The notes: generated by a model not told the origin, from the sequence alone. Counted from the whole stretch's first letter, positions 39,300 through 49,687 are shown. The stretch is 63,919 bases of DNA, filler included, from an uncultured bacterium (GCA_964471275.1; 3 parts of 3 records of this genome joined end to end with filler, not necessarily neighbours in it); one strand, 5' to 3'. Program-made: numbers and translations.

Positions 39300-40310
39300 C
39301 TAGAGGTTTGGATTTACCGTGTTCCATTCGGCGAGAGGGGGGAGGATTCCGTCCTCAATCGTCTGATCTCGCAACTCAACAAGGTGCTCATACGATGAGC
39401 GCAGCGCAGCGAGGTCGGCGTCGGATCCGTCGGGCATGGACCACTCCGCGCCAGCGGATGACAGCTTTGCCGGCATTGCCATCATGATATTATTGAATCC
39501 CTCGCCGTCCAGATAGCATCCACTCGGCCATTCGTAGGGTTCACCGAGTACGCCACGGAGCATGAAGACGCTTTGTTGAGCGGGCGACTGGAATGAGGAT
39601 CGGCCACGCAGCTGAATGATCCGCGTTCCGCCCTGCGTCACCTTCTCCTGAATATCCTTCCACTCATCCTCCGAAAGCTTCCTTCCACCGACTTCCGCGC
39701 CGCTGAGCACATCTGTCAGGGTCACACCACCGATCTCGATCCCGCCCTGGAATACGGCCATCTGCTCGCCGTGTCCACCGTAGGTGCGACAGCCGGTCAC
39801 CTGTGATTGGAGGACGTCGAAATGCTGGGCGAGCACTGACTGAAGGCGGGTGCTGTCAAGCGCTGCCAGGGTCGAAACCCGAGTTGGTGCCAGACCGGAG
39901 TGGACCAAGGTCGTCATCCCCGTGATGTCTGCGGGATTGAAGATCACGATCACAAACTTTGCGTCGGGGCAGTTTTCCTTGATGTCGATGCCCAACTGTT
40001 TTGCGATCTCTGCATTGTCCCGGCGCAGGTCCTCACGCGTCATCCCCTCCTTGCGGGGCGCGCCACCAGAGGTAATGATGTATGACGATCCGCTCAATGC
40101 TTCAGCGATATCTGCAGACCAGGTGATGTCCGCATCCGGAAAACCGCAATGGTAAAGCTCTTCTGCCACGCCCTGGAGCCCCTGTGTAAAGGGGTCATAC
40201 ATACATACGGTGTTAGCCGTACCCGACGCGATCAGGGTCTGCGCAAGGTTTGACCCTATCGCACCGGCTGCACCGAGTACGGTGACTTTCTCGTTTGTTA
40301 AGTAAGACAC
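39300..40310 (-). CDS. mdh: malate dehydrogenase
   Basis: GAAGAIG, GAPRKEGMTREDL, NPAD, LDSTR, GGHG. Confidence 0.88.
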   Translation of the reverse strand: MSYLTNEKVTVLGAAGAIGSNLAQTLIASGTANTVCMYDPFTQGLQGVAEELYHCGFPDADITWSADIAEALSGSSYIITSGGAPRKEGMTREDLRRDNAEIAKQLGIDIKENCPDAKFVIVIFNPADITGMTTLVHSGLAPTRVSTLAALDSTRLQSVLAQHFDVLQSQVTGCRTYGGHGEQMAVFQGGIEIGGVTLTDVLSGAEVGGRKLSEDEWKDIQEKVTQGGTRIIQLRGRSSFQSPAQQSVFMLRGVLGEPYEWPSGCYLDGEGFNNIMMAMPAKLSSAGAEWSMPDGSDADLAALRSSYEHLVELRDQTIEDGILPPLAEWNTVNPNL

Positions 40311-40349
40311 GGTGTCCTCCCGGTGTCATCCCTTCCGGGACGGTGTATG

Positions 40350-41582
40350 TTACTCGCTACCCGAAAGTGCAGTTGCCATGTTCAGCGCCTCTTCCGCCTT
40401 CTTAGCTGCGTTTCGGGCCACTTCGCCCTCGGTCACCGCGGATTTGTGCGCGTAGGCTTTGTAGAGGGCGTCCCATCCTCTTGCGAACTTCGGTTTCAGG
40501 TCGACGACCTTCAAGAAGGTGTCGATTGCTTCGTCAAACTTCTTCGATTTGTCGTAAATCGAACCCAGCTGGTATAGCGCCTGATGGTCATCGGGGTTCG
40601 TCTCGAGGGACTTCGCGAACAGGTCCGCCGCTTTGTCCAGACTCCCCTGGCCGAGGTAAGCGTTCGCAAGGTTGAAGATTGTGTTTGAGTTTTCGGGCTC
40701 CTTCTCGATCGCCTTTTCAAGGTATTCGACTGCCTTAGCGTAGTCCTGCATGTCGGTGAAGATCCCGCCGACAAGCGAGAGGACGTTCGGGTCGTCCGGA
40801 TTGACTTCAAGTGCTTTTTCTGCGGAGGTGACCGCACCATCCTTGTCGCCGCTCATCCACTGTGCGCTGGCGAGCGCCTTTATGATGCTGACATTCGTCG
40901 GCGCCAGCTCGGCTGCTTTCGACAGATGGGGGACCGATTCCTCGTAACGCTGGTGGTTTAGCAGACCGATGCCAATGTCGGCGTGGGCCTCCACCAAAGT
41001 ACTGTCGATCGCGAGCGCTCTCTGGTAGTTCTCGATCGCGACGTCGATGCTGTCCAACTGCATATAGACCTTACCAACCGCCTTGTACGTATCCGCACGA
41101 TCAGCGTCAACCTTGAGGGCGAATGCGAACTCGTTCAACGCATCGTCAAACTTCGACGCGTTCAGCGCGCGGACACCGATGTTGAAGTAACGGGTCCAGA
41201 GTGTCTCTTTTGTATACCAGATGCCGCCCAGGAGGAAGTCGCTCGCACCAACAAGCCGCATCCCCTTTTTCAAGAACTTCTTTCCCTTCTTGTGACTCAG
41301 TGCCTTCTCGAAATGCGCATTCATCTCGTCAATCATTTCCTTGTCCGCGTAGAACGTTCCGAGCATAAAGTTCGCTTCGGGATCGTCCGGCTTCAGATCG
41401 ACGGCGATCTTGAGCATTTCGAATGCCTTCTCAGGCACGCGCTGTTTTATGTAGTTGCGTGCTGAAGACTTGGCAACCTTCGCACTGTTGACTCTCATTT
41501 GTGCTTCGGTCGCCTGCCATCCCAATACGAGGAAGGCCGACACGAGCACGAAAGAGCTTAGCATCTTGATCCGGCGCGTCAT
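40350..41582 (-). CDS. exported TPR-repeat protein
   Basis: signal peptide followed by tandem 34-aa TPR repeats. Confidence 0.85.
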   Translation of the reverse strand: MTRRIKMLSSFVLVSAFLVLGWQATEAQMRVNSAKVAKSSARNYIKQRVPEKAFEMLKIAVDLKPDDPEANFMLGTFYADKEMIDEMNAHFEKALSHKKGKKFLKKGMRLVGASDFLLGGIWYTKETLWTRYFNIGVRALNASKFDDALNEFAFALKVDADRADTYKAVGKVYMQLDSIDVAIENYQRALAIDSTLVEAHADIGIGLLNHQRYEESVPHLSKAAELAPTNVSIIKALASAQWMSGDKDGAVTSAEKALEVNPDDPNVLSLVGGIFTDMQDYAKAVEYLEKAIEKEPENSNTIFNLANAYLGQGSLDKAADLFAKSLETNPDDHQALYQLGSIYDKSKKFDEAIDTFLKVVDLKPKFARGWDALYKAYAHKSAVTEGEVARNAAKKAEEALNMATALSGSE

Positions 41583-41835
41583 GGCCGACTCCTTTCGCGT
41601 AGATTGCGGTATTTTGCAGGTTTCAGAGTGGACGTTAGTTGTTAATTGTTCTAGACTTGCGGCGGAATATAGCCCACGGGGCTGTAGCTGTCAAGGAACG
41701 GACCGTAAGCAGATGTCAGGTTGAATGTGCAGGCTGAACCGGCTGTTTATTATACGTGTGGGGGCTGGAAGGAGTTCCAGATGTGAGGATGTGTAGAGCC
41801 ATATCCTCTTTTCCTCTCTTCACATCCTCGATTCT

Positions 41836-42021
41836 CTACTGTTCCGACAACAGCTTCCCACCCCTGCCCCAGTGGTCGCGTGCGATATCCTCGATCACGA
41901 CCATCGTGCCCTCTTCCTTCGCGTCGCAGATGCCGACCATTGCCTTCGTAATCGCCTTGACTAGTGCACTTTTCTGCTCGTGCGTCCTGCCTTCGAGCAT
42001 CTTCACATTGATGAATGGCAT
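41836..42021 (-). CDS. 4-oxalocrotonate tautomerase family protein
   Basis: MPFINVKMLEGRTHEQK with catalytic Pro-1; AGGAG RBS. Confidence 0.9.
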   Translation of the reverse strand: MPFINVKMLEGRTHEQKSALVKAITKAMVGICDAKEEGTMVVIEDIARDHWGRGGKLLSEQ

Positions 42022-42044
42022 ACTTCTCTCCTGTGGGGACGTAA

Positions 42045-42854
42045 TCAGTCTTCGATGACCTCTACACTGCTTCCTTTTTCTTCTACCATCTGTGTGAATA
42101 TTGCAAGGGTCTGTTTCAGCAAGTCCGAGGCTGTCTGCGCATCCTCTTCCTGCGCGACGATGTCGACGGGGAGCCGCTGGCCGTCCTCCACCCGCTCCCT
42201 CAGGGCCACGTAGGCCTTGAGATAGGTGTTCGGGTGCAGCCCCATGACGTCGTGCAGGATCGGACCCAGTTCGGATTCGGGCAGGTTGACGGCGACACGA
42301 AGGACGATGCGGTTGGCCGTGTAGATCTCGGCGATGGCACCTTCGACGCTCTGGTTGAACAGGGCCTGGACTTCCCGAGGGGGACCGGGAAGGTTGTAGA
42401 TCGTCGTGCCCTCGATGACCGTCTCTACACAAGGCGCAACTCCGGCCGGGTTCGCGTGCACGATCGATCCGTCAGGTGACGTGGCCATCTTGACCAGACC
42501 GGGTTTTACATCCTCACGCTTCGCGATTTCCCGGTCTCGCCTGAATTTCTCAACCAGCGATTCGTTGACGACAACATCGACACCCTTGAGTCGGGCGATG
42601 GCCTCCACCGTCAGATCATCCGGTGTCGGGCCAAGCCCTCCAGTCGTGATGATCACGCGGGTCTCCCGTGAAATGGAGTCCCGCAGCACGCGAACCACAT
42701 CCTCGATATCATCGTCAAGGATCACGATTCGACTGATATGCCCACCCAGACGCGCAACCTGCTGTGCCATCCAGAACGCGTTTGTGTCCTGAATCTGACC
42801 CATCAGCAGCTCTGTGCCGATCGAATACAGTTCCACGCTCGGCAGGTCGTTCAC
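42045..42854 (-). CDS. CinA-like molybdopterin-binding domain protein
   Basis: IGTELLMG..QDTN, TGGLGPTPDDLT, LPGPPRE. Confidence 0.88.
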   Translation of the reverse strand: MNDLPSVELYSIGTELLMGQIQDTNAFWMAQQVARLGGHISRIVILDDDIEDVVRVLRDSISRETRVIITTGGLGPTPDDLTVEAIARLKGVDVVVNESLVEKFRRDREIAKREDVKPGLVKMATSPDGSIVHANPAGVAPCVETVIEGTTIYNLPGPPREVQALFNQSVEGAIAEIYTANRIVLRVAVNLPESELGPILHDVMGLHPNTYLKAYVALRERVEDGQRLPVDIVAQEEDAQTASDLLKQTLAIFTQMVEEKGSSVEVIED

Positions 42855-43420
42855 GATGCAGCCTCCTTCGGATCAATGATGATTAGTGTCTTCACGGTGT
42901 CCTGCGCAACCGACACCGTGGCGAATCCCTTCTGTGACTCCTCGAGGCTGAACCGGTCCGTTGCCACCTTATCGGCCCTTACCACGCCCGCTCTGACAAG
43001 GTCCATTGCCTCCCGTGTGTCGGGGGGCCGCAGGAGTAGCTGGCCTCAGGGTGATATGCCTGAACCAGAAGTCGTGGGGGCAGATCGGCAGGCGTTCGTT
43101 CTCGCCCGAGGGCGTGAACAGGCAGACCGTTTCTCCGGTCGCGACAGCTTCGAGTCCCGTCTGTATCGCAGCGATCGAGCCGGGAGAGACGACCACCAGA
43201 TTCGCCTTCTTTCCACCGGTCGCATCGGCAACTGAATCAACGGCGCTTTCGGCCAAAGCGTCAATAGCGACATCTGCACCCAGTTCTCGTACCTTGTTCA
43301 GTCGGTAGGGAACTCGGTCCATGGCCACGACTGTGGCGGCCACGTAGTGCCGGGCGACAAGCACCAGAATCTGTCCCATCATCCCCGCACCGATGACGAG
43401 GACGTGGTTTCCCTGATGTT
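42851..43420 (-). pseudogene. zinc-binding (MDR) dehydrogenase, truncated and frameshifted
   Basis: VIGAGMMG Rossmann motif; frameshift near 43045 to SYSCGPPDTREAMDL; GroES-like N-domain missing. Confidence 0.8.
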
Positions 43421-43512
43421 CGGATTGAGAGATAGGGAGGAGGACTGGTGTGCGGTTGCAGGAATCTAACCGTTCACATACCGCCCGGCAACGTCTTTCA
43501 CCGTCTGCGGGT

Positions 43513-44925
43513 CTACAGGTAGCCGAAGGCAAGGTCTATGAAGGCGATCGCTTCAGAAACGGCACGTTTCGTGGATTGGAAGATGAACTCGGTAGCCGAT
43601 TGAATGGCGATCGGGAGCTGGCTCAGTCGCTGTCGCGTAGCGAGATCGACGACATACACTCTGAACAGACCGGAAGCCAGTTCCTCGCTTCCGGATACGT
43701 AGGCTGTGGTTCCATCTGGCGAGATTCCGAAGCCACCGACCGACTCGCCGATGGCAATCTTGTCTGCCACTGCGAGAGATGGCAGTGTGACTACCAGGAG
43801 ATCTCCGACGAATGTGAAGACGGACAACCCACCGACCTCGCCGGGTGATGTGCGGAAGTAGCTCACGTAGAGCGAGTTGCCAAGCGGGTTAACGCTCAAT
43901 TCGATGACCTGCCCGGTCAGATCTTCCGGATTGCTGATCTGGACCGAGTCGACGACTGACCTGGAAACGCGGTCGATAGCAAGCACCTGCAGGAGGGCAC
44001 CGCTCTGGTGCCACTCATCCTGCGTCGCGGTGGTGGTGTAGATGGTGGACCCATCTACTGAGAGGGCGAGCTTGTTGAGCGTCGAGGTCCCTACCGCGAT
44101 GCTGTCCACAGACAGGCTGGCGATGTCGATGATGGCGAGGTAGTCCTCATTCAGACCGACATAGAGTTCCGTCTCGTCAGGAGTGAGAATCATCCCGCCC
44201 GGGTTGAACCCAACGGTTACTAGGCCGGTCGAGACGCGATTCACCAGATCGAAGATCTCCACCGCCCCGGGGGAAGTTTCGGTCACAAACGCGAGCGTTT
44301 CCTGCCTGTTTACTCGAACCTTGAAGCCGCCCGGTGCGGACCGTGTGCCGATTGACGGGTTCTCAAAGGGAGTCAGGGGGATTCCGAAGGACATCTGGCC
44401 CTGCTCATCGAAGGCGAGCAGGGAATCGAGTGTCGCTACATATACCAGTCGAGATCGTGCTCCGATGGTCATTCCCCGTGGAAGGCTGACTGAGAATGCA
44501 CGGGAAGGTATGGTCAGGTTGGTCGCCGTGTCGACGACCTCGACTCGATTCTGCACGAGATCTGACACATACAGATAGCTGCTGCTTGTCTCCGTCGTGG
44601 ACTTCCCGAAATTGCTGGCAAATATCAGGAAGTCTCCGAAGTCGACCGAACTGCTGCCATCCAGGTCGAACTTGTCGTCGAAACCGTCCTGCCCCGTGGA
44701 CTTTCCGAACGCTGCCGCGAATTCGAGAAAGTCGGAAAAGTCCACACGTCCGCTGCCGTCGAAGTCCGAGAATGTGAGATCTGTCGATTGGGCCGAGATC
44801 GGGCAGGATGCGCCTGCCAGCAGAAGGAGCACCAGGCAGATACAGCGTGACAGCGTGACATGATTCTTGCCCCTGACGCCCACCGCACCCGCGGCGAATA
44901 GTAGGAATGCGACACTCAATTTCAT
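43513..44925 (-). CDS. secreted protein with dockerin-like EF-hands and a YVTN/YncE beta-propeller
   Basis: DFDGSGRVDFSDFLEFAAAFG duplicated motif; VGFNPGGMILTPD-type propeller blades. Confidence 0.8.
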   Translation of the reverse strand: MKLSVAFLLFAAGAVGVRGKNHVTLSRCICLVLLLLAGASCPISAQSTDLTFSDFDGSGRVDFSDFLEFAAAFGKSTGQDGFDDKFDLDGSSSVDFGDFLIFASNFGKSTTETSSSYLYVSDLVQNRVEVVDTATNLTIPSRAFSVSLPRGMTIGARSRLVYVATLDSLLAFDEQGQMSFGIPLTPFENPSIGTRSAPGGFKVRVNRQETLAFVTETSPGAVEIFDLVNRVSTGLVTVGFNPGGMILTPDETELYVGLNEDYLAIIDIASLSVDSIAVGTSTLNKLALSVDGSTIYTTTATQDEWHQSGALLQVLAIDRVSRSVVDSVQISNPEDLTGQVIELSVNPLGNSLYVSYFRTSPGEVGGLSVFTFVGDLLVVTLPSLAVADKIAIGESVGGFGISPDGTTAYVSGSEELASGLFRVYVVDLATRQRLSQLPIAIQSATEFIFQSTKRAVSEAIAFIDLAFGYL

Positions 44926-45108
44926 TGCAGTTCGTTCTCCGTATCCCCGGCAAACTGGTCGTAAATAGTTGAAAGCGAACAATGATACCGTGACTGGTCA
45001 GGTGTGTCAATGACACCGGATCGGACAAGCTGATTGCGCGTGGAACGGCCCGCTGGTAAGTTTGCGGCGGCGTATATCGTTACCTCAACCTTTTGCGAGA
45101 GGACTCAC

Positions 45109-45894
45109 TTGCTTCCCGATTATTCTACTGCTTTCTGGGTTCTGGCAGCGCTTTCTGTCGTGTTTGTGGGCATTGCGAAAGCCGGCTTCGGGGGGGGGGT
45201 CGGTGTGGTTGCCACGCCGCTGATGTCGCTTACCATCCCCGTGGCCGACGCCGCGGCCATCCTGCTCCCTCTGCTGATCGCGTGCGATATCTTCGCCGTA
45301 GCGCATTACCGGCGCACCTTTGATCGGCGAAGTGTCAAACATATGCTCCCGGGGGCCGTGGCCGGTATCGCTGTGGGGGCCGCGTTCTTCGGGTATTTCG
45401 CGAACAATGAGCGTGTTCTGCAAATTGGGCTGGGGATTCTGGCAGCTCTGTTTGTGATCTATCAACTCGTGCGGGGAGCATTGACGGCCGCGATCGCGAA
45501 ACGGCATCCCCACCCGGTCGAGGGCGTTCTGATGGGCACGGTATCCGGTTTCACTTCCACACTCGCACACGCCGGCGGACCGCCGGCCACGATCTATCTG
45601 CTGCCTCAGAAACTTCCGCGTGAGATCTTCGTTGGGACAACGGTGATTTTCTTTGCGACGATCAATCAAATCAAGCTGATCCCTTACATAGGACTCGATC
45701 TTCTGACGATCGGACACCTGGGAACAATTGCCATTCTCGCCCCGCTGAGCTACGTTGGCGTCCGGCTGGGCATCTTCCTGAACGCAAGGTTCACCGATGT
45801 GTGGTTCAATCGCCTTGTCTACGGCATTCTCCTGGTGACGTGCCTCCAGCTTATCGTCGGCAAGAGTGCGATCGCTATGTTCTTCGGTGGCTGA
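45109..45894 (+). CDS. TauE/SafE sulfite exporter family protein
   Basis: GIAKAGFGGG, SGFTSTLAHAGGPP; TTG start. Confidence 0.88.
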   Translation: MLPDYSTAFWVLAALSVVFVGIAKAGFGGGVGVVATPLMSLTIPVADAAAILLPLLIACDIFAVAHYRRTFDRRSVKHMLPGAVAGIAVGAAFFGYFANNERVLQIGLGILAALFVIYQLVRGALTAAIAKRHPHPVEGVLMGTVSGFTSTLAHAGGPPATIYLLPQKLPREIFVGTTVIFFATINQIKLIPYIGLDLLTIGHLGTIAILAPLSYVGVRLGIFLNARFTDVWFNRLVYGILLVTCLQLIVGKSAIAMFFGG

Positions 45895-46666
45895 TGGCAT
45901 TTCCGCAAAATCAGGTAGATCTTTCTTCTGATCCTTCGCCCGCCCTAACCTGGCGTTCTCTATCGCTCGGCGTGCTGCTTGTCTGCATCGTCAACATCGG
46001 CGCCCCTTTTGCGAAGTATATCCTCCATTCTTCTCTGCTTGCTTGTGACTACCTGCCCTTTGGTGTGATGCTGCCGTTTCTGGTCGTCGTCGCGGTCCTT
46101 AATCCACTGATAAAGCTTACCTCTTCGACTCCGCTGACACCGAACGAGCTCGCCGTTGTATTCCTCATGTCGCTGGTCGGATCGACGATCCCGACCTTCG
46201 GGCTGACGGGATATCTACTCGGGACGATCGCGTCACCGTACTACTACGTGCGGACAGAGAACGGGTGGGCGGAGTTGATTCATCCACACCTGCCCCGCTG
46301 GTTGTTCCCGTCGAACGATAATCTGGCGATGACCTGGTTCTACGAAGGGCTGCCGTCCGATCAGTCGATCCCGTGGTCCGCATGGGTGCCGCCCCTGTTC
46401 TGGTGGATGACGTTTATCGGCGCTCTGCTCACCGTGTGCTTCTGTCTCGTTGCCATACTGAGGAGACAGTGGATCGACCGGGAGCGCATCGTCTTCCCGC
46501 TCGCGCAGGTGCCGTTGGATATGATCGAAGCGTCCGACGATGGCCTCAAGATGCCTGCCTTCATGCGCAGCAAGATCTTCTGGGTCGGATTCGCGATCCC
46601 TTTCTGCATCGTTCTGTGGAATGTGGCCGGGTTCTTTCTGCCAACGTTCCCCCAGTTCCCGCTGTT
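45894..46666 (+). CDS. multi-TM putative peptide transporter (DUF6785-like), truncated by the gap
   Basis: IPWSAWVPPLFWW, LRRQWIDRERIVFPL. Confidence 0.7.
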
Positions 46667-46766
46667 NNNNNNNNNNNNNNNNNNNNNNNNNNNNNNNNNN
46701 NNNNNNNNNNTTAATTAATTAANNNNNNNNNNNNNNNNNNNNNNNNNNNNNNNNNNNNNNNNNNNN
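46667..46766. other. artificial contig linker
   Basis: 44 N + TTAATTAATTAA + 44 N. Confidence 0.97.
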
Positions 46767-47142
46767 TCAACTGCATCAACTCGATGCGGATACCATCCGG
46801 ATCCGCAATGAAGTACTGACGACACTTGCTCTTGCCCGTCTTCGCCCCCTTCGGATCAACGTCAAGCCCCCTGGATTGCAGGTCGACCAGGGTCTGTTCG
46901 ATGTCATCGACCCAGAGGCATATGTGCTTCATCCCGATTTCCGGTGCCGGGTCGGCCGAAGCACCCTTGCCGTCGAATATTTCAATGAAATCGCTGGCGC
47001 CGGTCCTGAAGTAAGCCATCCACGGAGACCCGTCCCGATCCACGCGAAAGGCTTCAGGAAGACCGAGCGTGTTCCTGTAGAAGGTGATGGATTTCTCGAA
47101 GTCCGACGCGGTGATCGCGAGGTGTCCAATTCCCGTTATCAA
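46767..47142 (-). CDS. VOC/glyoxalase family protein (3' truncated)
   Basis: GHLAI, FYRNTLG, HICLWVDD, DPDGIRIEL; GGAGG RBS before TTG. Confidence 0.88.
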
Positions 47143-47241
47143 TAGAGCCTCCAATTGTTGATGTCTTGACGCTAAATGAGGGTGCATCTATACTGTGCTC
47201 GATTTCTTAAGTTAAAGTGCCCGTAAGATAGGAGATTCACA

Positions 47242-48210
47242 ATGGCGATCAAGGTGGGGTTTGTCGGTGCGGGTGGCCGTGCACGCGGTCACATGAAGAC
47301 GCTTTCAGAGATCGATGATGTCGAGTTTGGTGCTATCTGTGATGTGTCGGAAGCGACGGCTCAGGAAGCCGCCGATCAGTTCGGTGGTAAAGTCTACACC
47401 GAGCACAAAGCGATGCTCGAGACGGAAGAACTCGATGTGATGTACGTGGTGGTGCCGACGTTTGCGCACTTTGATGCGGAGACCCTGGCGGCAGAACGGG
47501 GAATTCACCTTTTTCTTGAAAAACCCGTGGCACCCTCGATGGAGAAGGCGAACGAGATCCTGGCGGCAACGAAGAAGGCGGATGTCATCACCTGTGTCGG
47601 GTATCAGCTCCGGTATTTTGGCGGTGTTCAGCAGGCGAGGCAGTTTGTGAGCGACCGCACGGTGGGGATGATCGTTTCACATCGCTGGGGTGGATTGCCC
47701 GGGACGCCCTGGTGGCGCGTGATGGCACAGTCGGGTGGCCAGCTCGTAGAGCAGACGACGCATCAGGTGGACATGATTCGCTATGTTGCCGGCGAGATCA
47801 CGGAGGTGCAGGCCTACTATGCACTCCGTACTCTTAGGGATGTCGAGAATCTGGATATTCCCGACAACTATGCGGTGACATTCACGATGGAGAATGGGGC
47901 CATCGGGTCACTGAGTTCGAGCTGCGCGCTGCGCGAGGGGGGCGGATCCAGCGGCATCGATTTCATCCTCGATGATTCGCGCATGACACTCACCGGTGCG
48001 GATGTGTCGCTGTCACCAGACGGAGACCTTGGGGATCCCCAGGAAACAAAGGATATCGACCAGGTGTTTGTGAACGCCGTGCGAACGGGTGATCGATCGG
48101 AGATCCTGTCGGATCTGGAGGATGGAATCCGATCGCTTGACGTGTCGCTGGCTGCCAACCGTTCCGCAGAGACCGGCGCGCCACAGAAGACCGAGTATGC
48201 GTGTGGTTGA
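47242..48210 (+). CDS. Gfo/Idh/MocA oxidoreductase
   Basis: GFVGAGG, LEKP, GGQLVEQTTHQVD. Confidence 0.9.
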   Translation: MAIKVGFVGAGGRARGHMKTLSEIDDVEFGAICDVSEATAQEAADQFGGKVYTEHKAMLETEELDVMYVVVPTFAHFDAETLAAERGIHLFLEKPVAPSMEKANEILAATKKADVITCVGYQLRYFGGVQQARQFVSDRTVGMIVSHRWGGLPGTPWWRVMAQSGGQLVEQTTHQVDMIRYVAGEITEVQAYYALRTLRDVENLDIPDNYAVTFTMENGAIGSLSSSCALREGGGSSGIDFILDDSRMTLTGADVSLSPDGDLGDPQETKDIDQVFVNAVRTGDRSEILSDLEDGIRSLDVSLAANRSAETGAPQKTEYACG

Positions 48211-48224
48211 TCGGGTCCGTGCGG

Positions 48225-48890
48225 ATGGGTGACACGAACGACAAGCCCATATCAGCGACGTTGGCCGCAAAAGAACTCATCAAGACGGTCATTTTTGTCG
48301 TGCTGCTTGTGGTATTGATCCGCTCGATCCTTGTCCAGGCATACCATATTCCGTCCGGTTCGATGGAGGACACGCTGTTCGAGGGAGACTATGTGATCGG
48401 GGACAAGCTGACGTATGGCACCCAGATCCCCGATCGCTTTCCTCTTCTGAACGTGAAGCTTCCCTCCTTTTACATGCCCGGTTTCAGCAGCCCTGAGCCC
48501 GGTGATCTGGTGATATTCGAGTTTCCCCAAGACCCCTCGAAGGACTTCATCAAGCGGTGTGTTGCCGTATCCGGTCAAGTCATCGAGATGAAGGATCAGC
48601 AACTTTTTGTGGACGGAGTGGTCTTTTCGGAACCCTCAGGCGTTAAATACACGACTAAGCGCAGGTCTCAGCGTCGAGATAACTGGGGACCCGAAACGAT
48701 CCCGGAAGGCCATATCTTCGTTATGGGAGATAATCGGGATAACAGCTACGATTCACGCGGCTGGGGTACGGTTTCACTGAGCAAAGTGAAAGCGCATCCC
48801 CTGTTCATATACTTCTCCTGGAACGCGGGCGACCCCGTCTGGCGTATCTGGGAGAAAGTTCGGTGGAGCCGGCTGGGTCGGATCGAATAG
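48225..48890 (+). CDS. lepB: signal peptidase I
   Basis: IPSGSMEDTL, DFIKR, MGDNRDNSYDSR. Confidence 0.93.
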   Translation: MGDTNDKPISATLAAKELIKTVIFVVLLVVLIRSILVQAYHIPSGSMEDTLFEGDYVIGDKLTYGTQIPDRFPLLNVKLPSFYMPGFSSPEPGDLVIFEFPQDPSKDFIKRCVAVSGQVIEMKDQQLFVDGVVFSEPSGVKYTTKRRSQRRDNWGPETIPEGHIFVMGDNRDNSYDSRGWGTVSLSKVKAHPLFIYFSWNAGDPVWRIWEKVRWSRLGRIE

Positions 48891-48908
48891 CGGAATGGGA
48901 AGGACAAC

Positions 48909-49511
48909 GTGATAGGTAACCAACGATGGCGAATCTCGGTGCTCGGGTGCGCAGCGCTGGTGTTCGTCCTGGTAGGCTGTAGGCCCGTTCCTACGGCGCC
49001 CGAGACCGATGGTGTCATCGATCGGACTTATTCCAACGCGGATTGGGGATTTTCGATTTCGGCTCCCCCGGATTCTGCGTGGTCGCTCTCCGCAACGCAA
49101 TTCATCGCCCAGCGGGAGCCAAATGGCCTCTCACCGGTGCAGGTCATACTCAGGCGGATCAATCCCGGGTCGCCTTCCCGGCCAGTCTTGCTCCTCAGTT
49201 CTTTCGGTGTTTCTCAGACCACGCTGTTGGACGATGTGGTCGCCTCCTTTGAGAGCCTTTTCGCTACCGATTTTTTGAACTATAACCCGCAGGGCCCGAA
49301 GTCCGAGAGATCGGTTGGCGGAGTGCCGTCAATCGAGTGGCGATTCTTCGCGAGGGAGCCACAGTCAGGCATCCACTACTTGAATAACCGGTTTCTCAGC
49401 TTTGTGTTCTTACGGGACAACCAGATCTATCAGGTGATTTGCTCGGCGCAGGCGGAGGAATTTCCCGAATCGGAATTCAGGAGCATTCTAAGCACGTTTG
49501 AGTTTCATTAA
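48909..49511 (+). CDS. putative lipoprotein (possible PsbP/DcrB-like fold)
   Basis: LVGC lipobox; AGGA RBS before GTG. Confidence 0.7.
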   Translation: MIGNQRWRISVLGCAALVFVLVGCRPVPTAPETDGVIDRTYSNADWGFSISAPPDSAWSLSATQFIAQREPNGLSPVQVILRRINPGSPSRPVLLLSSFGVSQTTLLDDVVASFESLFATDFLNYNPQGPKSERSVGGVPSIEWRFFAREPQSGIHYLNNRFLSFVFLRDNQIYQVICSAQAEEFPESEFRSILSTFEFH

Positions 49512-49541
49512 CGAATTTGGCGCTACGTGGTGTCAGGTGCT

Positions 49542-49568
49542 TAAGGTTCAGCCTCGGCGTGCCGATAT
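49542..49568 (+). promoter_or_regulatory. sigma28-type promoter
   Basis: TAAG-N15-GCCGATAT (extended -35 TAAGGTTC). Confidence 0.7.
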
Positions 49569-49574
49569 ACTCAA

Positions 49575-49642
49575 TGACCAAGCGGTATCACTTGGTTCGA
49601 CGAGGCCCTTCCGAGCCCCGCGGCCCGGAGAGCCTTTTTTTT
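49575..49642 (+). ncRNA. candidate sigma28-dependent sRNA (~70 nt)
   Basis: promoter, then ACCAAG/CTTGGT hairpin, then a GC-rich terminator with T8; no RBS. Confidence 0.5.
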
Positions 49643-49687
49643 ATTTTGACCAGAATGAGCGTTCGGATAAAAGCAGATACAGAAGGC

